From the human T2T-CHM13v2.0 reference genome, Homo sapiens, in the NCBI RefSeq assembly GCF_009914755.1, contig NC_060930.1: a stretch of 64,000 bases of DNA; one strand, given 5' to 3'. Positions 15,426 to 39,993 of this stretch are shown here, one piece after another. The notes beneath the pieces are model-generated. The model searched no databases. It had not been told where the DNA came from and saw nothing but the letters and a program-made list of their open reading frames with translations. How positions within the stretch are numbered: the first letter of the stretch is position 1; each line of letters starts with the position of its first letter. The position numbers and the translations under genes are program-made.

Positions 15426-15443
15426 GAGCGCCATCTACTGCCA
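15426..15443 (-). promoter_or_regulatory. CTCF motif TGGCAGTAGATGGCGCTC
   Basis: Close match to the CTCF core CCA(C/G)(C/T)AG(A/G)(T/G)GGCGC about 1 kb upstream of CD164. Confidence 0.65.
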
Positions 15444-15978
15444 AGTCTCACAAAATATTCGCAAAATTTGATACGGTTATCACATGGTAAAAATTAGACT
15501 TTAAAAGTTGTATTTAATGCTGTGTTTTCAGCTGTTGTACACTTATGTAATTTTAATTATGCAAAGTTATCCTAATAATATAGGAATATTAATTGCTTTC
15601 GTGAGGTCTGTCTTGATGTGCCACGATGACTTTTTTGATGTGCCAAAAAAGATGACTACATAGTGCTTTTACCTTTTTGCTCAAATAGAAAGATTTTATT
15701 TCCCCTTGGGATCTTTTCAGTGTCGTCCTTCTGTACCCTCAGGACTATGAACATTTGTTCCAATGACTACGCTAGTTGGAGTAGTGTTGCTTGGATGTAA
15801 ACAAAAAGCTGATAGTTTTGACTGATCCAGCCCAGAAGCATGAGAATGCTGTCAGGGAAGTGAGCTCCCACCATAAGCCCTTCAGAGAAGTGTCTGCTCT
15901 TCTCTCAGGAGGCCTCTCTCTATATTTAACACTTGACTATCTGGCACCCAGACCAAATGAAAGCGCAAGGCAACTTTA

Positions 15979-16411
<433 letters not shown>

Positions 16412-16631
16412 TCACCTGGATGTTTAACTCTAGTCCTCAGATATTCCTCAGTCCTGATAAAGGGACATTTCACGCTCTTGTTTTAAGACTAGAAAACCAT
16501 TGGTTTATTTTATTTTGCATGGCAACTGTAGAGGTAGATCAAGGGAGTTCCAAAGTCATTTTCACCATTTCAGAGAGACAGCTTTTTTTTTTTCAGTTCC
16601 TGACAGTAAGCTTCTGTTTATTGTTGTCATA

Positions 16632-16830
16632 GAGCAGGGTTTCTCAATCTTGGCGCTATCAAGATTTCAGGCTGACTCATTCTTGCTTGTCCTGTGCATT
16701 GTTGGATATTCGGCAGTATTCGTAGCCTCTACACACTAGATACCAGAAGCACCCCACCTCTCAGTTGTGACAACCAAAAATATCTCCCGATATTGTTAAA
16801 TGTCTCCTGGGGGTAAAATCACAATTGAAA
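16632..16830. mobile_element. MER20-like hAT MITE
   Basis: CAGGGTTTCTCAATCTTGGC...CCTCTACACACTAGATACCAG..GTTGTGACAACCAAAAATATCTCC. Confidence 0.7.
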
Positions 16831-17880
16831 GGCACCCTCAGAGCGTTCTTCTGTGTGCAAGGTCAGCCATCACTCAGGTTATTTCCTCTTAGACACATTG
16901 CTTGCAATTAGATTGTCGATTGGTTGTTAGAGCGACCTTCTTAACCATTTATTTTCTTGAAAGCAGCAAGACAGAGTGCTTCTGCGCTTGTGAATCTTCT
17001 AGCAGTATAAGCTCCCTCTAAGTTTTTTAAACAGCAGATTTTTAAACAATGCTTCAGCCTTGTGTCAGTACCTTTCCCCAAATAAACAGATCAACACTCC
17101 AAACAGGACCCTGCCTTCTAGCTATAACTAACATCCAGTGGCCCCTTAATAATCAGAGGTTTGCCTCCACTACTTGATAGCAAGAAGTACAAACCCCCTT
17201 GTACTAGCTTATGTTAAAGGGAATCCATTCACTGTAAGAATATGACAGTAAATCTTATAGGCATTCAGGGGTGGGAAATCAAGTGTGTGAGGGCCAAGGG
17301 AGACTTGAACTTAAAAGGAGGAATCCCTAGCACGTGGAGCTGGTTTGCTAGGACTTCGTTTCAGGCTTCAACCCTACAGGACATTGCCAGATCTATAGAC
17401 CCACAGCCAATCATCTCCATTGCCCAGTATTCCAGTTATATAGCTCTTGGAAGAGATAACTTGACTGAGTACCATGCCTTCCCAACCTGTCTGTTACCTA
17501 CTCTCTGCTCTGACTCCATCCATGCAGTCTACACTAGAGCTCCCTGAACTTCCAGTTCTCCTAACTGGTCATGTTTTCTTTTGCATGTGGATCTTCATCC
17601 ATGCTATTTCTTCTGCCTAGAACATTCTTATTCCCTTCTGGCATCTGACCAACTCCTACTTGTTTGAGGTCTCTCAGCTAAGCTGTCACTCCCATCTTAA
17701 GCTATCCTTAAAATATTCAACTACCCCTTTCTCCCCACTCCCAGACTACAAAAGGTGTTCCTGCTCTGTGCACCCTGGACTTGCCCATAACAAAGCATAT
17801 ACTGCATTATATAGCAGTTGTCTTTCTCACTAGATTAACTCAGAAATAGTGCTCACCAGTTTATTCCCTGCACTTAATTA

Positions 17881-18207
<327 letters not shown>

Positions 18208-18499
18208 TCAGGGTAGATTCATCTAGAGGAGTATGGGTGGGAAACAAGGGCTGGCATCTGTAAGACAGTTTTAACAGCATATATTAAAGCTCATTTAGTA
18301 GTATTTGAATCTGTTTTGACAAAGAGAAGGATTGGAATAAATCAAATATTAGCTAAAACTGTATATTCAGAGTCTTAATATTGTGATTAAGATTAAGGGT
18401 AAAATTCTGGAGATATTGTCATTAGGAGGCTCTCCACTTTGACTGTGGATGTTTCTTTGAAAAGTGTGCCAGGGCGCCAGAGGGGAGCATTACACTTTA

Positions 18500-18853
18500 G
18501 AGCAGTTGTTCTTAACCCTGGCTGCACATTGGAACTACCTAGTGACATCAGTGGTGGTGGTGTGTGTTGAAAAATATTGATACTAGTGCCTGGGTACTGA
18601 TTTAATTGGTCTGGAGTAATGTCTGAGCATCAGCAGTTTTAAAAGCTTCCCAGGTGTTTCTAATCTGCAGCTTAGGTGGAAAACCAGTGCTTTACTCTTG
18701 CTTTCCAGAGTGTGGTTCTCAAACCATTATCATTTATATCACCTAGAAATGCAGAACCTCAGGCCTCCCCCTCAGATCTCCTGAATCAGAACCTACATTT
18801 TAACAAGATTCCCAGAAGATATGTACATGTGTAAAGTATTAAAGTTGGAGAAC
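18500..18853. mobile_element. MER5-family hAT elements
   Basis: GCAGTTGTTCTTAACCCTGGCTGCACATTGGAA..; GTGGTTCTCAAA..GAATCAGAA..TTTAACAAGATTCCCAG; similar copies near 20305-20470 and 23495-23720. Confidence 0.6.
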
Positions 18854-18854
18854 A

Positions 18855-19206
<352 letters not shown>

Positions 19207-19230
19207 CTATTCTATCCTGAACTGCTGCAA

Positions 19231-19691
<461 letters not shown>

Positions 19692-22271
19692 TGATTTTTA
19701 TTTGTATTCTGCTTCAAACCCTGGGTCTGCTAGAGCTCTTTGCATTACGTCTCTTGGTCCTTCAGGAAATGAAACCTTTTCCTGACTTGTTCCTTAGGAA
19801 TAACCTCCAAGTTCAAGCTAAACTACACCTCAGGCGGCTTGCTGATATCTTGGATTAGCTATGGCTTCCCCTTGTCCCTAGGTATTCACTGTGCTTCTCC
19901 CGATCCTGTCTTGGAGAGCTGATTTTCAGCCAGAAGACACCTCATGGCCACTCTGGTTATTAAAATATTCTAGTAATTCTGTACTGACTGGCAAAGTGCG
20001 TGTCCTGAGCGGCCCAAGTGTCCAAGTCCCTTCCTAAGGATCTGACTACCACGTTGCCACTGTCCAGCACCTGGAGGTCTCACATCTGGCCCTGCTAAGA
20101 ACCTCAGGACCTTGCAACAGAATTCTGGTCACTGTCTAATTGGTCAACGTATGTGTACCTCCTCTGCTGCCTTGATGAAATCAAGGTTTCTTGTCAGTTT
20201 CCTTCATTCTTCCTTTTCTGTTGTAGGTTACACTTTACTGTTATGACTTTTCTCTTCTACATACCTGTGTGCCACAGATCTATGAGAGATCTAATATATC
20301 CCATCTGTTCTTAAAGTGTTGTCTCCAGAACAGCAGCAGCAGCAGCATCACCTTGAACTTGTTCAAATTCTCCAGCCCAACCCAGTGCCACTGAATCAGA
20401 AACTCTGAGGTCCAGCAATCTGTTTGACAGGCCCAGGCACTCTGATGCATGCTAAAGTAAAAGAACCTGTGATTTATCACCTTACAAAGCCCTCTATCAA
20501 ATATGCAACTTGTAATTCATGTTGTATACATTACTACTGAGTTAGTCACCAATATTTCGTATGATATACAAAAGTCTTAAGACTTGCCAGATTTAAGTGG
20601 TGGTGATTCCACTTTGGGAAGTGTAGGGGATGGTAAGATCAATATAGTTTAAAAAATGAGTCTCCATAAGGGAGAATATTGCTAGGTGTGGTAGAGACCA
20701 ATTTTAATTTTAAAGATATACCTTTGAACTAGTTCAGTTGATTGAAAGTTAATCTGATGTGAGAACTGCTAATACTCAGTATAAAAAGAGCTTGATATTT
20801 CTTGAAATTAGGATGATGATATTCTGTCAGTGGTAGCTTGACTGGTTTCCGTGGGGAGACATTTCTGAAGGGAAACTAATTCTTAAGGAATATCTGCTGT
20901 GTGCCAAGCATTATTAGAAGCACTGTGCTGTGCTTCTCATAATTCACCTGCTGTGAATAGATTCACCTGCTGTGTCAATCCTCAGAACACTGAGACAGAT
21001 GTACCCCCATTTCACTTAAAATTGTTGATTTTATGCGTTTCCTCAGAATAATCACTGAAGTTTTAGAGCCAGAAGAAAGCTAGCAACTCAACTTCTGTTA
21101 TTTTTACAAATGGGGACAGTGAAAGGTTAAGTGATTTGACCATCACATTGCTGGACAGGTGGTTCTCAAACAAATAATGCTTCATTTAAAATATGTATAA
21201 AAACTCAGGGTCTGGAATCCTGAGGTTGCCAGATTATCCATTCCTTAACAAATAACTGGCACTGTTTGCAGTAGGGGCAAACAAATTCCTTGGATAGAAT
21301 TTTAAATATTTACCTCAAATCTCCCCATATAAGAAAAATGTTTAGATATGCCCTCCCTTATTCACACGGCCTAGTATAAGATAAAGCGTATGTACTTGAC
21401 TTTGCCATATCAGCAATTAGGGCAAGTTTAGACATATAACTTAGCATTTTGTGTAAATCATCAGAAGGCCTTTATTGTCCTATTTGTAGATGTGGAAAAA
21501 TCTAGAATCCCTTCTGTTTAATTAGTGTATTTCAGTTTGGTTAAATCAAAGTCTTACATGTGGAGTTCATTGGAGTAAACTTTTGAGTCCTTCTAACAAT
21601 CAGTTTCTTCAACTATGAGGTTAAACATACAAATCATTCTAGCACAGAAGTATCAGTGTGTATACTTTTAAGTGCTGGTGATAAGAACCACTGCATGGAT
21701 CTGTGGTTGAGGTTTCCACAGCCCAGAAGTGGAAAGTTAGAGTGAACAAAGGGACCATGAACTCGCCATCCTTGAGAAGACTGGCAGAGTTCTACCTTTC
21801 TATTGCTGCTGACAAAGGGAGCTGGAATCAGTTTCTTACACCCACACAAATATCCCAGTTCTTTCACAACATCAGATAAAATGCCTAATGCCATTAATAT
21901 ATAGGTTCATCACCAGTAAGAACTGCCCTGCTGTTTGTTATTACATGAGTAACGCTTGTCATGTGTTTTAACCGGGCTCCTTGCAAAGAATCAGTTTTCA
22001 TTCACCAATTGTTTTGAATCCTGGTGGCAAGCCCAGCTCCCTTTTGTCTGAGATGTCCCCAGTGTGACCTGAGGAACCTGGGCAAAGGCCCAGCGAGAGG
22101 GTCTGGAAGCTCTAGACAAATCACCCGAGTTCTCAGACTGCCCAGAAGTCTGTGAGTACAGGAAGAGGGAGACTCTCCTCAGGGATTCCCAAATCTGGCT
22201 ATCAAAGTCATTGGAGAGCTTTCAAAAAGTCCAAGCTCTGAGGCTACACCCTGAAGGTTACACATTAGTAA

Positions 22272-22277
22272 TTTATT
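22272..22277 (-). terminator. Candidate distal polyadenylation signal for PPIL6
   Basis: Plus strand TTTATT = AATAAA on minus, about 2.6 kb after stop. Confidence 0.5.
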
Positions 22278-23042
22278 ATTAAATTTATCGAGTGCTTACA
22301 GCAGACCAGGTCTCTTATAGGTTCTTTATAGAAATTATTGATTCATGGAACCCTCACAGCAATCTTATGTGGTAGGTACCACTGTTTCTCAGATGAAGGA
22401 ATTGAGGCACAGAAAAGTTCTTGCCTGAGTTTGTGCAGCTAGGGAATGGCAGAGCCAGGATTCTGGCCCTAGAACACACATTCTTAACACTATGTTGCTC
22501 TGGGTCAGTTGAGAATGTAACATAGGCGGTCTGCTTCCTCCCATCCACCTCAGGTCTTAGCATAAAGCATATGTCATATAGCAATAAAGCTGTCATTAAA
22601 AGGAAAAGCAAATGCCAGTTGTCAGGAGTTAGGGATGGCAGAGGGCAGGGGAGTGGGTTGACTGTAAAGGGGTACTGGAAGGGGGTCTTTGAGGTGCTGG
22701 AAAGGTTCTATATTTTCTCTATAGTGTTGGTTACATGAATATACTCATGATAAAATGGCATCACACACATTGTACCAATGTCAGCTGCCTGGTTTGATAT
22801 TGTACTACCGTTTTGTAAGCGTAGCCACTGGGGAAAATGGGTGAAAGGTACACAGGACTGCTCTGTACTATTTTTGCAACTTCCTGTGAATCTATATTTC
22901 AAAATAAAAAGTTAAAAAAGCCTACGCCTACTTTTGGCAAGCCTCATATCCATTAGAAGCCTGCCTCTTTAAGACTGATGTAAATAGAGATTGTTCTTGG
23001 AAGACAAACCTCATTCTGCTTAGGGTAAGAAAAGCACTCTCA

Positions 23043-23640
<598 letters not shown>

Positions 23641-24150
23641 TCTGCCTCAGTAGGTCAAGGACAAGGTCTGTTAGGTTACATTTTAAAAGCTCCCCAGGTG
23701 ATATGAGCTTGAGAACTTTAGATTACAGAGTAGTGATAAAGCTGAATCTCCAATAACATCACATGAGTCAGCCACCACGGACACTGTAAAACAAGCCCTT
23801 GGTTTTCATAGGGTTGGTATGGCTCAGAGAGATAAGGATGATGTTCATGTCATATATGAAAACATCCAAAGTGTAGATACTCTTTCTGAATGCTGGTATA
23901 AACAATGAAATATTACAATGAATTGCTTTTTCTTCTGCATCATTCCTATTTGGTTACTTACCAAGTTTCTCCTAGGAGTACATGTAGTTACAAACAAGAA
24001 CATAATTCTATTACAAATGTCTTAGGCTATCAGGTGTGTTGCTAAATTAAGAATTTTTTGTCCACAAGTAACAAAATTCTCAACCAACAGTAACATAAAC
24101 AACACAACACAGGGCTCTGTTAGTCTCCTATAATAAGAAGTCCAGAGTAG

Positions 24151-24569
<419 letters not shown>

Positions 24570-24862
24570 TGAAGGGGAAGGGGCAGGACCACTGGCGTTC
24601 TATTCCTGTCCCACTGGCCAGAACCATCTCTCATGGCCACCCGTGGCTGCAAAGGAGTCTAGGAAATTGAGTACCACCCTTTCACAGTCTCTATGACAGA
24701 GACAGGAAAGGAAGATGGGGAGGGATTGGGTGTAGATGAGGCAACCTACAGTGTCTGCCACGGCTTTCAAATTACAATTTATCAAGTACTTTTTAATTAA
24801 ATCCACAAACAGCTGATCAGATACAAAGTAATAAATTATCACAGAAAATATTGATATGAAAA

Positions 24863-24974
24863 TCAAGCATAAGGATCTCCACTGTCAGTAATTCTACACA
24901 TATGTATTGGTCTTTCATTCTGTGTTGGAACTAATTCTAGTTGTTTAAGCACTTCTGTTCCTTCAATCAGTTGC
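24863..24974 (-). CDS. PPIL6: PPIL6 last coding exon
   Basis: 112 nt, phase-2 acceptor TATGTAG|; QLIEGTEVLKQLELVPTQNERPIHMCRITDSGDPYA-TGA; missed by ORF track because it is short. Confidence 0.93.
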
Positions 24975-25258
24975 CTACATAGGAGAAAAAAATGGAAAAT
25001 TTAGTCAGTCATAAGTTTTCATATTTAGCTTAACATTCCGAAATGGGGTCCTACCCAGCTATAGCTAAGACTATTTCCTACAAATTGAATGAACATCAGC
25101 TCTAAGTATCCTAAACCTCTCTGGATGTGTGCACTTTACCACACCTGCAGTATCCAGGGCCATCATCCAGGCAGCTGGCCTCCTGCCGCAGCTCTAAGCT
25201 GGCTTCCTCCATCTGCTTGGCACCCTCCCCTCTGTTTTTCTCCCTGCAGTCAGGGTGA

Positions 25259-26428
<1,170 letters not shown>

Positions 26429-27096
26429 AGCCATGCTAGTTTACATCTCTGTAGACAATTGCTGGCCATGAGCTAGAACTTCCTGGGGAGTGGAGCTAGA
26501 CTTCTGATGGTTCTTTCAATTAAAAAAGGGCAGAGAGACAGGCCAAGACATAGGACTGGTGCCCTCTGTCAGTGCTTGGGCTTGGACAGTGGCTGAGGGG
26601 AAGGGTGCAACTTCCATCTCATGAGCCTTTATAGGAGCATGGTCAGTGCCGACACCAAGTGTACTCTAGCCCTCTCTTTGCCTTTGGGCTCTATTTTTGC
26701 CATCCCAATAAAAAACCATGACACAGGACAACATTCTGAGGATGAAGGGCAGAGGATAAATAGATTCATTTCTGTCCAAAGAGAGTATGAAGCCTGTTCT
26801 CCAACAAGACAAGATAAGCAAAGGCACAGGGACTGTTCTTGGAGTGATGGTACTATGGTTTGGTTGCAGCTTGGCTGCCAGTCTACAAATTGTTTCCAAA
26901 TTACATTTCCAGCTCTGACTCAGCTTGAATATCCACCTCCTGGGATGCCACCAACTGGCTATCCTATAGGTATCCTAATATGAAACTTGTCCAACTTGAA
27001 CTCATGATTTTCTCTCCCAAATCCTCCTCCTTATATTCTCTATCTTGGTGAATGGTACCACCCCTCCAACCAGTTCCCAAATCCTAGGAGTTACTC

Positions 27097-28139
<1,043 letters not shown>

Positions 28140-29877
28140 TCTCTACTCTAACTTCTCAATGTCTTGAGTTTGTCCACTTATCACCTGCTCATCTGTACTG
28201 CTGATGCTTTAGAGCAGGACTTCATTTATGGCCTGTTATAACCATAGCTTCTTAAGTGGTCTTGCTACTTCCTTTTCATTCTTTGCCAATTCATTCCTCA
28301 CTTCTGCTAAAGAGATTTTTTCTTCAAAATGAGAAGCTGGTTATGTCGCTCACAATGTAAAATTCTCCCATGGCCCCCATCACCTTTGCGTGAGGTTCCT
28401 GCTCAGCAGCATGGCACCCGCAGTCCATTGGGAGTTGGACCCTTGCTGACCCTCTTATCCGGCCTCCACCCTTTCCATTCTCCCCTAAGTACCAAGCTCT
28501 GCCCAGAACAGATGACTTGTAGATAAGATGCTCTCTTACTCCTCAGGGCCTCTCTGCGAAACCTCTTCACTCTTCCTAAAACTGATTTGACTCATTGTGA
28601 TTTCTAGCTTCTCTATCTGCCTAACTTCTACGTGACATTTCACTCCTCAGCTCACCTTCTCATGAAACTTTCCATGACCCCCTCCCACCTTACAAGTCTC
28701 TTAAAATGAAATAATTCCCCCTCCCCCAAACCCCTTCTACAATGGGTGCACGTGAATGGAGAGCTTACAGGCTTGTTTTGTGATATTCTTTCCCTATGAG
28801 CCCACTGGGCCAGCCATGCTCTGTGGATTGCTACAGTCTTTCCTGAAGGACATTCCCAGTGTCATCCATCTGAGAGAGCGGCAGGTTCATGTACCTGGAA
28901 ACTGGGCTTGGAAGGAGTGCCTGTCTTGGATCAGAGAGGAATATTCTTTATCTCTCTGGACCTTGCTAACCATGTCTGGGCTTCCAAAAGCTCAGACACA
29001 CCTGGGGATACTGAGAGATGATAGGGAAGAGGCAGCCCTACAACTGGGAAGGAAGGTATCCCTGAAGGAGTTCTATTTCATTAGTTTAACTAGATTATCT
29101 AGTTGCCTATTATGTTTTACATTTCTGCTTCTCCCTTAGCACTCTGTAAGGTCTTATTTAAATATTCCAGCCCAGCCCCAACTGTGATTTGGAGACTTTG
29201 TTTTTAATTTGGAGATTTAAGGAATACACTGAGATCATACTTGAGGCAGAATAGCAGAATAGAAGGAGGGCAGTGCCTCCCTGAGGACAGAGTGGTGATA
29301 ACAAAAATTAGAGATTTCTCCAAGAGGAAGGTGGATCATAGAGAACAGGAACCATCAAAAGGAGACCGAGTGCTCTCCACTCCATTGCCGCCCTGTAACG
29401 CTCTGTGTTCGCTTTGGTGAAGGGAGTTGGAGGGTGTTTTCTTACCCATCTCCCAATGCACCCTGTACACAGTTTGCATGGCCCATGTCTCACTGTCACA
29501 TAGCTATTGGCTATTTGACCTTGTTTTCATAACATACTCTAAGCTCGCTGAAGAGCAGGGATTGTACCTTGTCGCTCTTTTTCCCCAGCACTGAGTACCA
29601 TGAATGGCATACTGCAGGTGCCTAAAGAAATTCTGCTTGAATGAGTTGGGAAAACAGCAGAAGTGAAGGCTGAACAAAGGATGTGGGGCCAGAGGACCTG
29701 GAATGCCACTCTAGACTTCAGGCTGTGCAGATGTGGAGGTGGTAATGGAGGCACTAAATGTTTTAAAGTAGTCATGTTTGTGTTTGAGAAAGGTACCTTT
29801 AGCTGAGATATAAAAGATCACCAGGAAGTTGGTAGAGGACAGAGACTGTCAGCAACATGACAGAGATTTAAATGGTC

Positions 29878-31877
<2,000 letters not shown>

Positions 31878-32071
31878 AGTTTCTGTGTTTTTATAGATAG
31901 CAAACTTCTTGCAAAATATTTCTTAAATACTTTTGTCTCTATTTGTATTATTTTTGCATTTAAGCCCTATTTTTAGCTACCTATACACTATATACAATAC
32001 TTATCCAAATATTTTTAAATGACATTTTTACAGGTGTGAATATTATATAAATAGATCTACAATATACATAC

Positions 32072-32207
32072 CCAAAAGCCACAAATTTTCTATCTAGATA
32101 AGGAGTTGCTTGCAGTGTGATATAGAATTGTGACCCGTTGCTGTGACGGCCTTTGTTGGCCATTCCAAGTACTCCTCTTTTATTATGAGGAACTGAAAAG
32201 TTTTCAT
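32072..32207 (-). CDS. PPIL6: PPIL6 coding exon (probably exon 7)
   Basis: 136 nt (D)ENFSVPHNKRGVLGMANKGRHSNGSQFYITLQATPYLDRKFVAFG, cyclophilin MAN..NGSQF motif. Confidence 0.95.
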
Positions 32208-32867
32208 CTAGGAAAGACAATAATCAGTAGGTCATTAGCACATTTCTATTATCTCAATTTATTGTAACATATAAGGAACAAATAGAACCCTTGGTAACAC
32301 TCTCAATCATATTTATCAATGGATTCCAAATTGTAAATATTCTATTCATTTCAAATTATTTTCAAACATGCAAATGGGCTGTTTAAAAAAACCTGTAAAA
32401 CCTTATTAGAACTATTGGAACATTCAGCTTTAGTTTGTCTTTACCATAAACAAGTGTGCTAAGAAAATTAATAATGTACAAGGAAATATATACAGTATTC
32501 TAATCAAGAATAAAGGTCAGCAAACTTTCTCGTGCTGTTTTGGTATTTCTTTCAAACTACCACCATACTCATTAAAAACACCTCCTCTGAGAAGTCTTTT
32601 GTGGACCTGACCTTTCCCCCGAACCCCCCAAGCATCTTACACATCGTTCTTGGACAGTCCTTATAACACTCGATGTAATTATTGGTTTACATGGCATTTC
32701 TTCTCTAGTAGGTGAAGGCAGGAACCTTGTCTCCTCATGGCTTTAGCTCCAGGCTTCTCAGCACATTAATTGGCATAAATGTGGCCCTAAATGTTTGGGC
32801 AGATTTCCATTCCATGTACTTTCCCATTCCATGTAGTTTAAAAATGTTGATGATGAAAGGAAATTAA

Positions 32868-34586
<1,719 letters not shown>

Positions 34587-35067
34587 GTGCCTAGAGCCCT
34601 CTCATCTCCTGAACACATTTATTTAGGACAGCATGGAAATCCTTAGAGACAATTTGAGAACCATTGCTATAAAGGGACAGAATAAATTATATTTTTAAAA
34701 GGTGCAGGTAGTCCCTGACTTAGAAACTTAAAAATGTATGGACCTGAAAAAAAGTGTGAAAACTAAACGACTGTGTGTGGATTCTCTAAGTCCAGAATGT
34801 GTATGTGAATCTTAAGAACCCGAGGCTATGCTGCTTCCAGCCAGGCAGTAATGCCAGGGCCTACGGAAATCGCTCAGTGGTCATGCCGTAACTGGCCTAC
34901 TTGGCATGATCTTGTATGCATCAAATAAAATGATGTGTAAGAAAGAACCGTTTTAAATATTAACTCTAACTAGCTTTGCAGACATAAAGTATTACAAGAC
35001 AAGGGTAATTTACGTGTTATTTTGTTCTGCCGTGTCTCTCTGACTCACTCTTTAATCGTCTGCTCAC

Positions 35068-35145
35068 CTCGGTATTTCTCGATCTTTCCAACCCCTCTGC
35101 TTTCCTTCTGCCTCTTTACACTTCTTTTCAAGCTTCCATAAAGCT
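35068..35145 (-). CDS. PPIL6: PPIL6 78-nt alternative cassette exon (26 aa, basic)
   Basis: Acceptor TTTTAG|, donor GAG|GTGAGC, phase 1-1, open: ELYGSLKRSVKRQKESRGVGKIEKYR; fits the 337-aa (311+26) isoform I recall. Confidence 0.7.
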
Positions 35146-35149
35146 CTAA

Positions 35150-35306
35150 AATTAAAGAGCTATAATTTAAATTTAAATTAAATTAAATTTTTTTAGAGAA
35201 GGCATCTTGCTAGTTGTTCAGACTAGTCTTGAACTCCTGGGCTCAAGGCCTCCTGCCTCAACCTCCTGAGTAGCTGGGACTACAGGTGTGTGCTACCACA
35301 CCTGGC
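35150..35306 (-). mobile_element. FLAM-like Alu monomer with degenerate AT-rich tail
   Basis: Single monomer; AGCTCTAA on both sides (35142-49, 35308-15). Confidence 0.75.
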
Positions 35307-36816
35307 TAGCTCTAATTTTTTTTAAAAAAATTATTTACCAACATAAATTTCCCTGATTTTTTTTCTAATAGTAAATTTTTGGTACATTTCATTTAACACT
35401 TAAAACATTAAGTTGCTTTATACTTCCATGATATCAAAATGCACCCTTTGGCAGTAAACAGCACTGCTGAAGGGGGCTGAGCCTCTTTAGGTTTAAACAG
35501 AGTGAAAGCCCCCATAGAGGAATTTCTGTCCTCTTTGTTTGGTGAGGAGTGAGGCCACTGGTCAGTAAATAGGTTTGATTCAAGCCTATTTTCTCCTGAG
35601 TGCTTCTGCCAGGGATAAAGTATGTGTGGGAACAACCTACACAGAAACCAATAGCTGAAACTTGCCTAAGTAGAAAGAGCCTATTTATTTAGGACTTTAA
35701 AAGTTGTGATTCAAAACAAAGCAAAACAGACTTTCCCTAGGTTAAAAAAAAATTAATTCGTTTATAAAATGATAATCTAATTAAATGATACATTACTTAT
35801 TGCATTATTTTTGTGTTAAGCTTAACAAAAGTGAGTTTTGTGGTTGCAGTTTTTCACAGCCCCAGTTTTAATTCTGCATCTCATGGAAGTAGGAACCCAT
35901 GAGAGAAATGTGGAGGAAGGACTGGCTGGCTGCTGCATTCACATTCCCAGGCAGGTGAAGGGATGAGGGAGAAAGACCCATGCCTTAGCTGTTCTGAGGA
36001 CTAGCTGTGCTCTCGCTTTCACAGTTACTCATCTTTCCTTCTGGAACATCTCTTCTTCCCACTTGATTGCTTCCTGGATTTTTTCTAATTTTGTCCTACC
36101 AGACCAACCGAATAATAAAAACTTCACTGAATGCACTGGGACTCCATGGGCACAGTGAGGACAGCAAAGATTCTATCTGGAGAGCAGATACTACAACAGT
36201 CTAAGGATGGGGTGAGGGATAATCAGCAGAGACTCAGGGGTGTCTAGGAGGTCAGGCAAGGAGATGAGTGAACAGATCAGTCTCCTACTGGACAGGAGGC
36301 CCACGTTCCATCTGAGGCTGTGCCTCCGAGCACAAAGCATTTGGGTGCTCTGATAATGGCTGTGGGGTGGAGAGGTACAGTGGATTCTCATCAGGGATTG
36401 GGGCCAGGAGAGTCCTTTCTCCATCTGCAACGTGTTGCTGCAGACCCAACTCAAAGCTTCTCTGTGCTGCCGCACCCAACTCTCCAGGCAGCTATTCTTT
36501 CTTTTCCCACAGCACTCAGTTCCCTCCTCTCTAACAGCAACTGGCACAGCACCTGTAGTTGATCTGTTTTAACATCTGTCTGCACAAAACTACTACAAGC
36601 CTTCCGAGTAGAAACTCGGTTATACCATCTTTGTTGCCACAGGCCCTAGCACCATGTGAGCACCTACTTTGGAGTTTAGTATTTTATGAATGACTAAAGG
36701 AATGGTGTCACTTGCATGTTTTCATTTGATAGAGCTGTCGGCAGGAATTCAGAAGGAAAGTAGCTATTACTTTTTCCCTTTCACTTTGGCCATCGATTCA
36801 ATAAAGATATCTTTTC

Positions 36817-39993
<3,177 letters not shown>

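Noticed and set aside
21634-21894. 86-aa minus-strand ORF between the genes
   Set aside because: No recognisable homology or exon signals; length compatible with chance
31981-32071. ORF extension beyond PPIL6 exon donor (YVYCRSIYIIFTP...)
   Set aside because: Read-through into intron past a good GG|GTATGT donor; an alternative extension cannot be supported from sequence alone
35984-36084. Purine-rich exon-like stretch on minus strand (EKIQEAIKWEEEMFQKER)
   Set aside because: Weak acceptor, in-frame stop in the PPIL6 phase, no good GT donor
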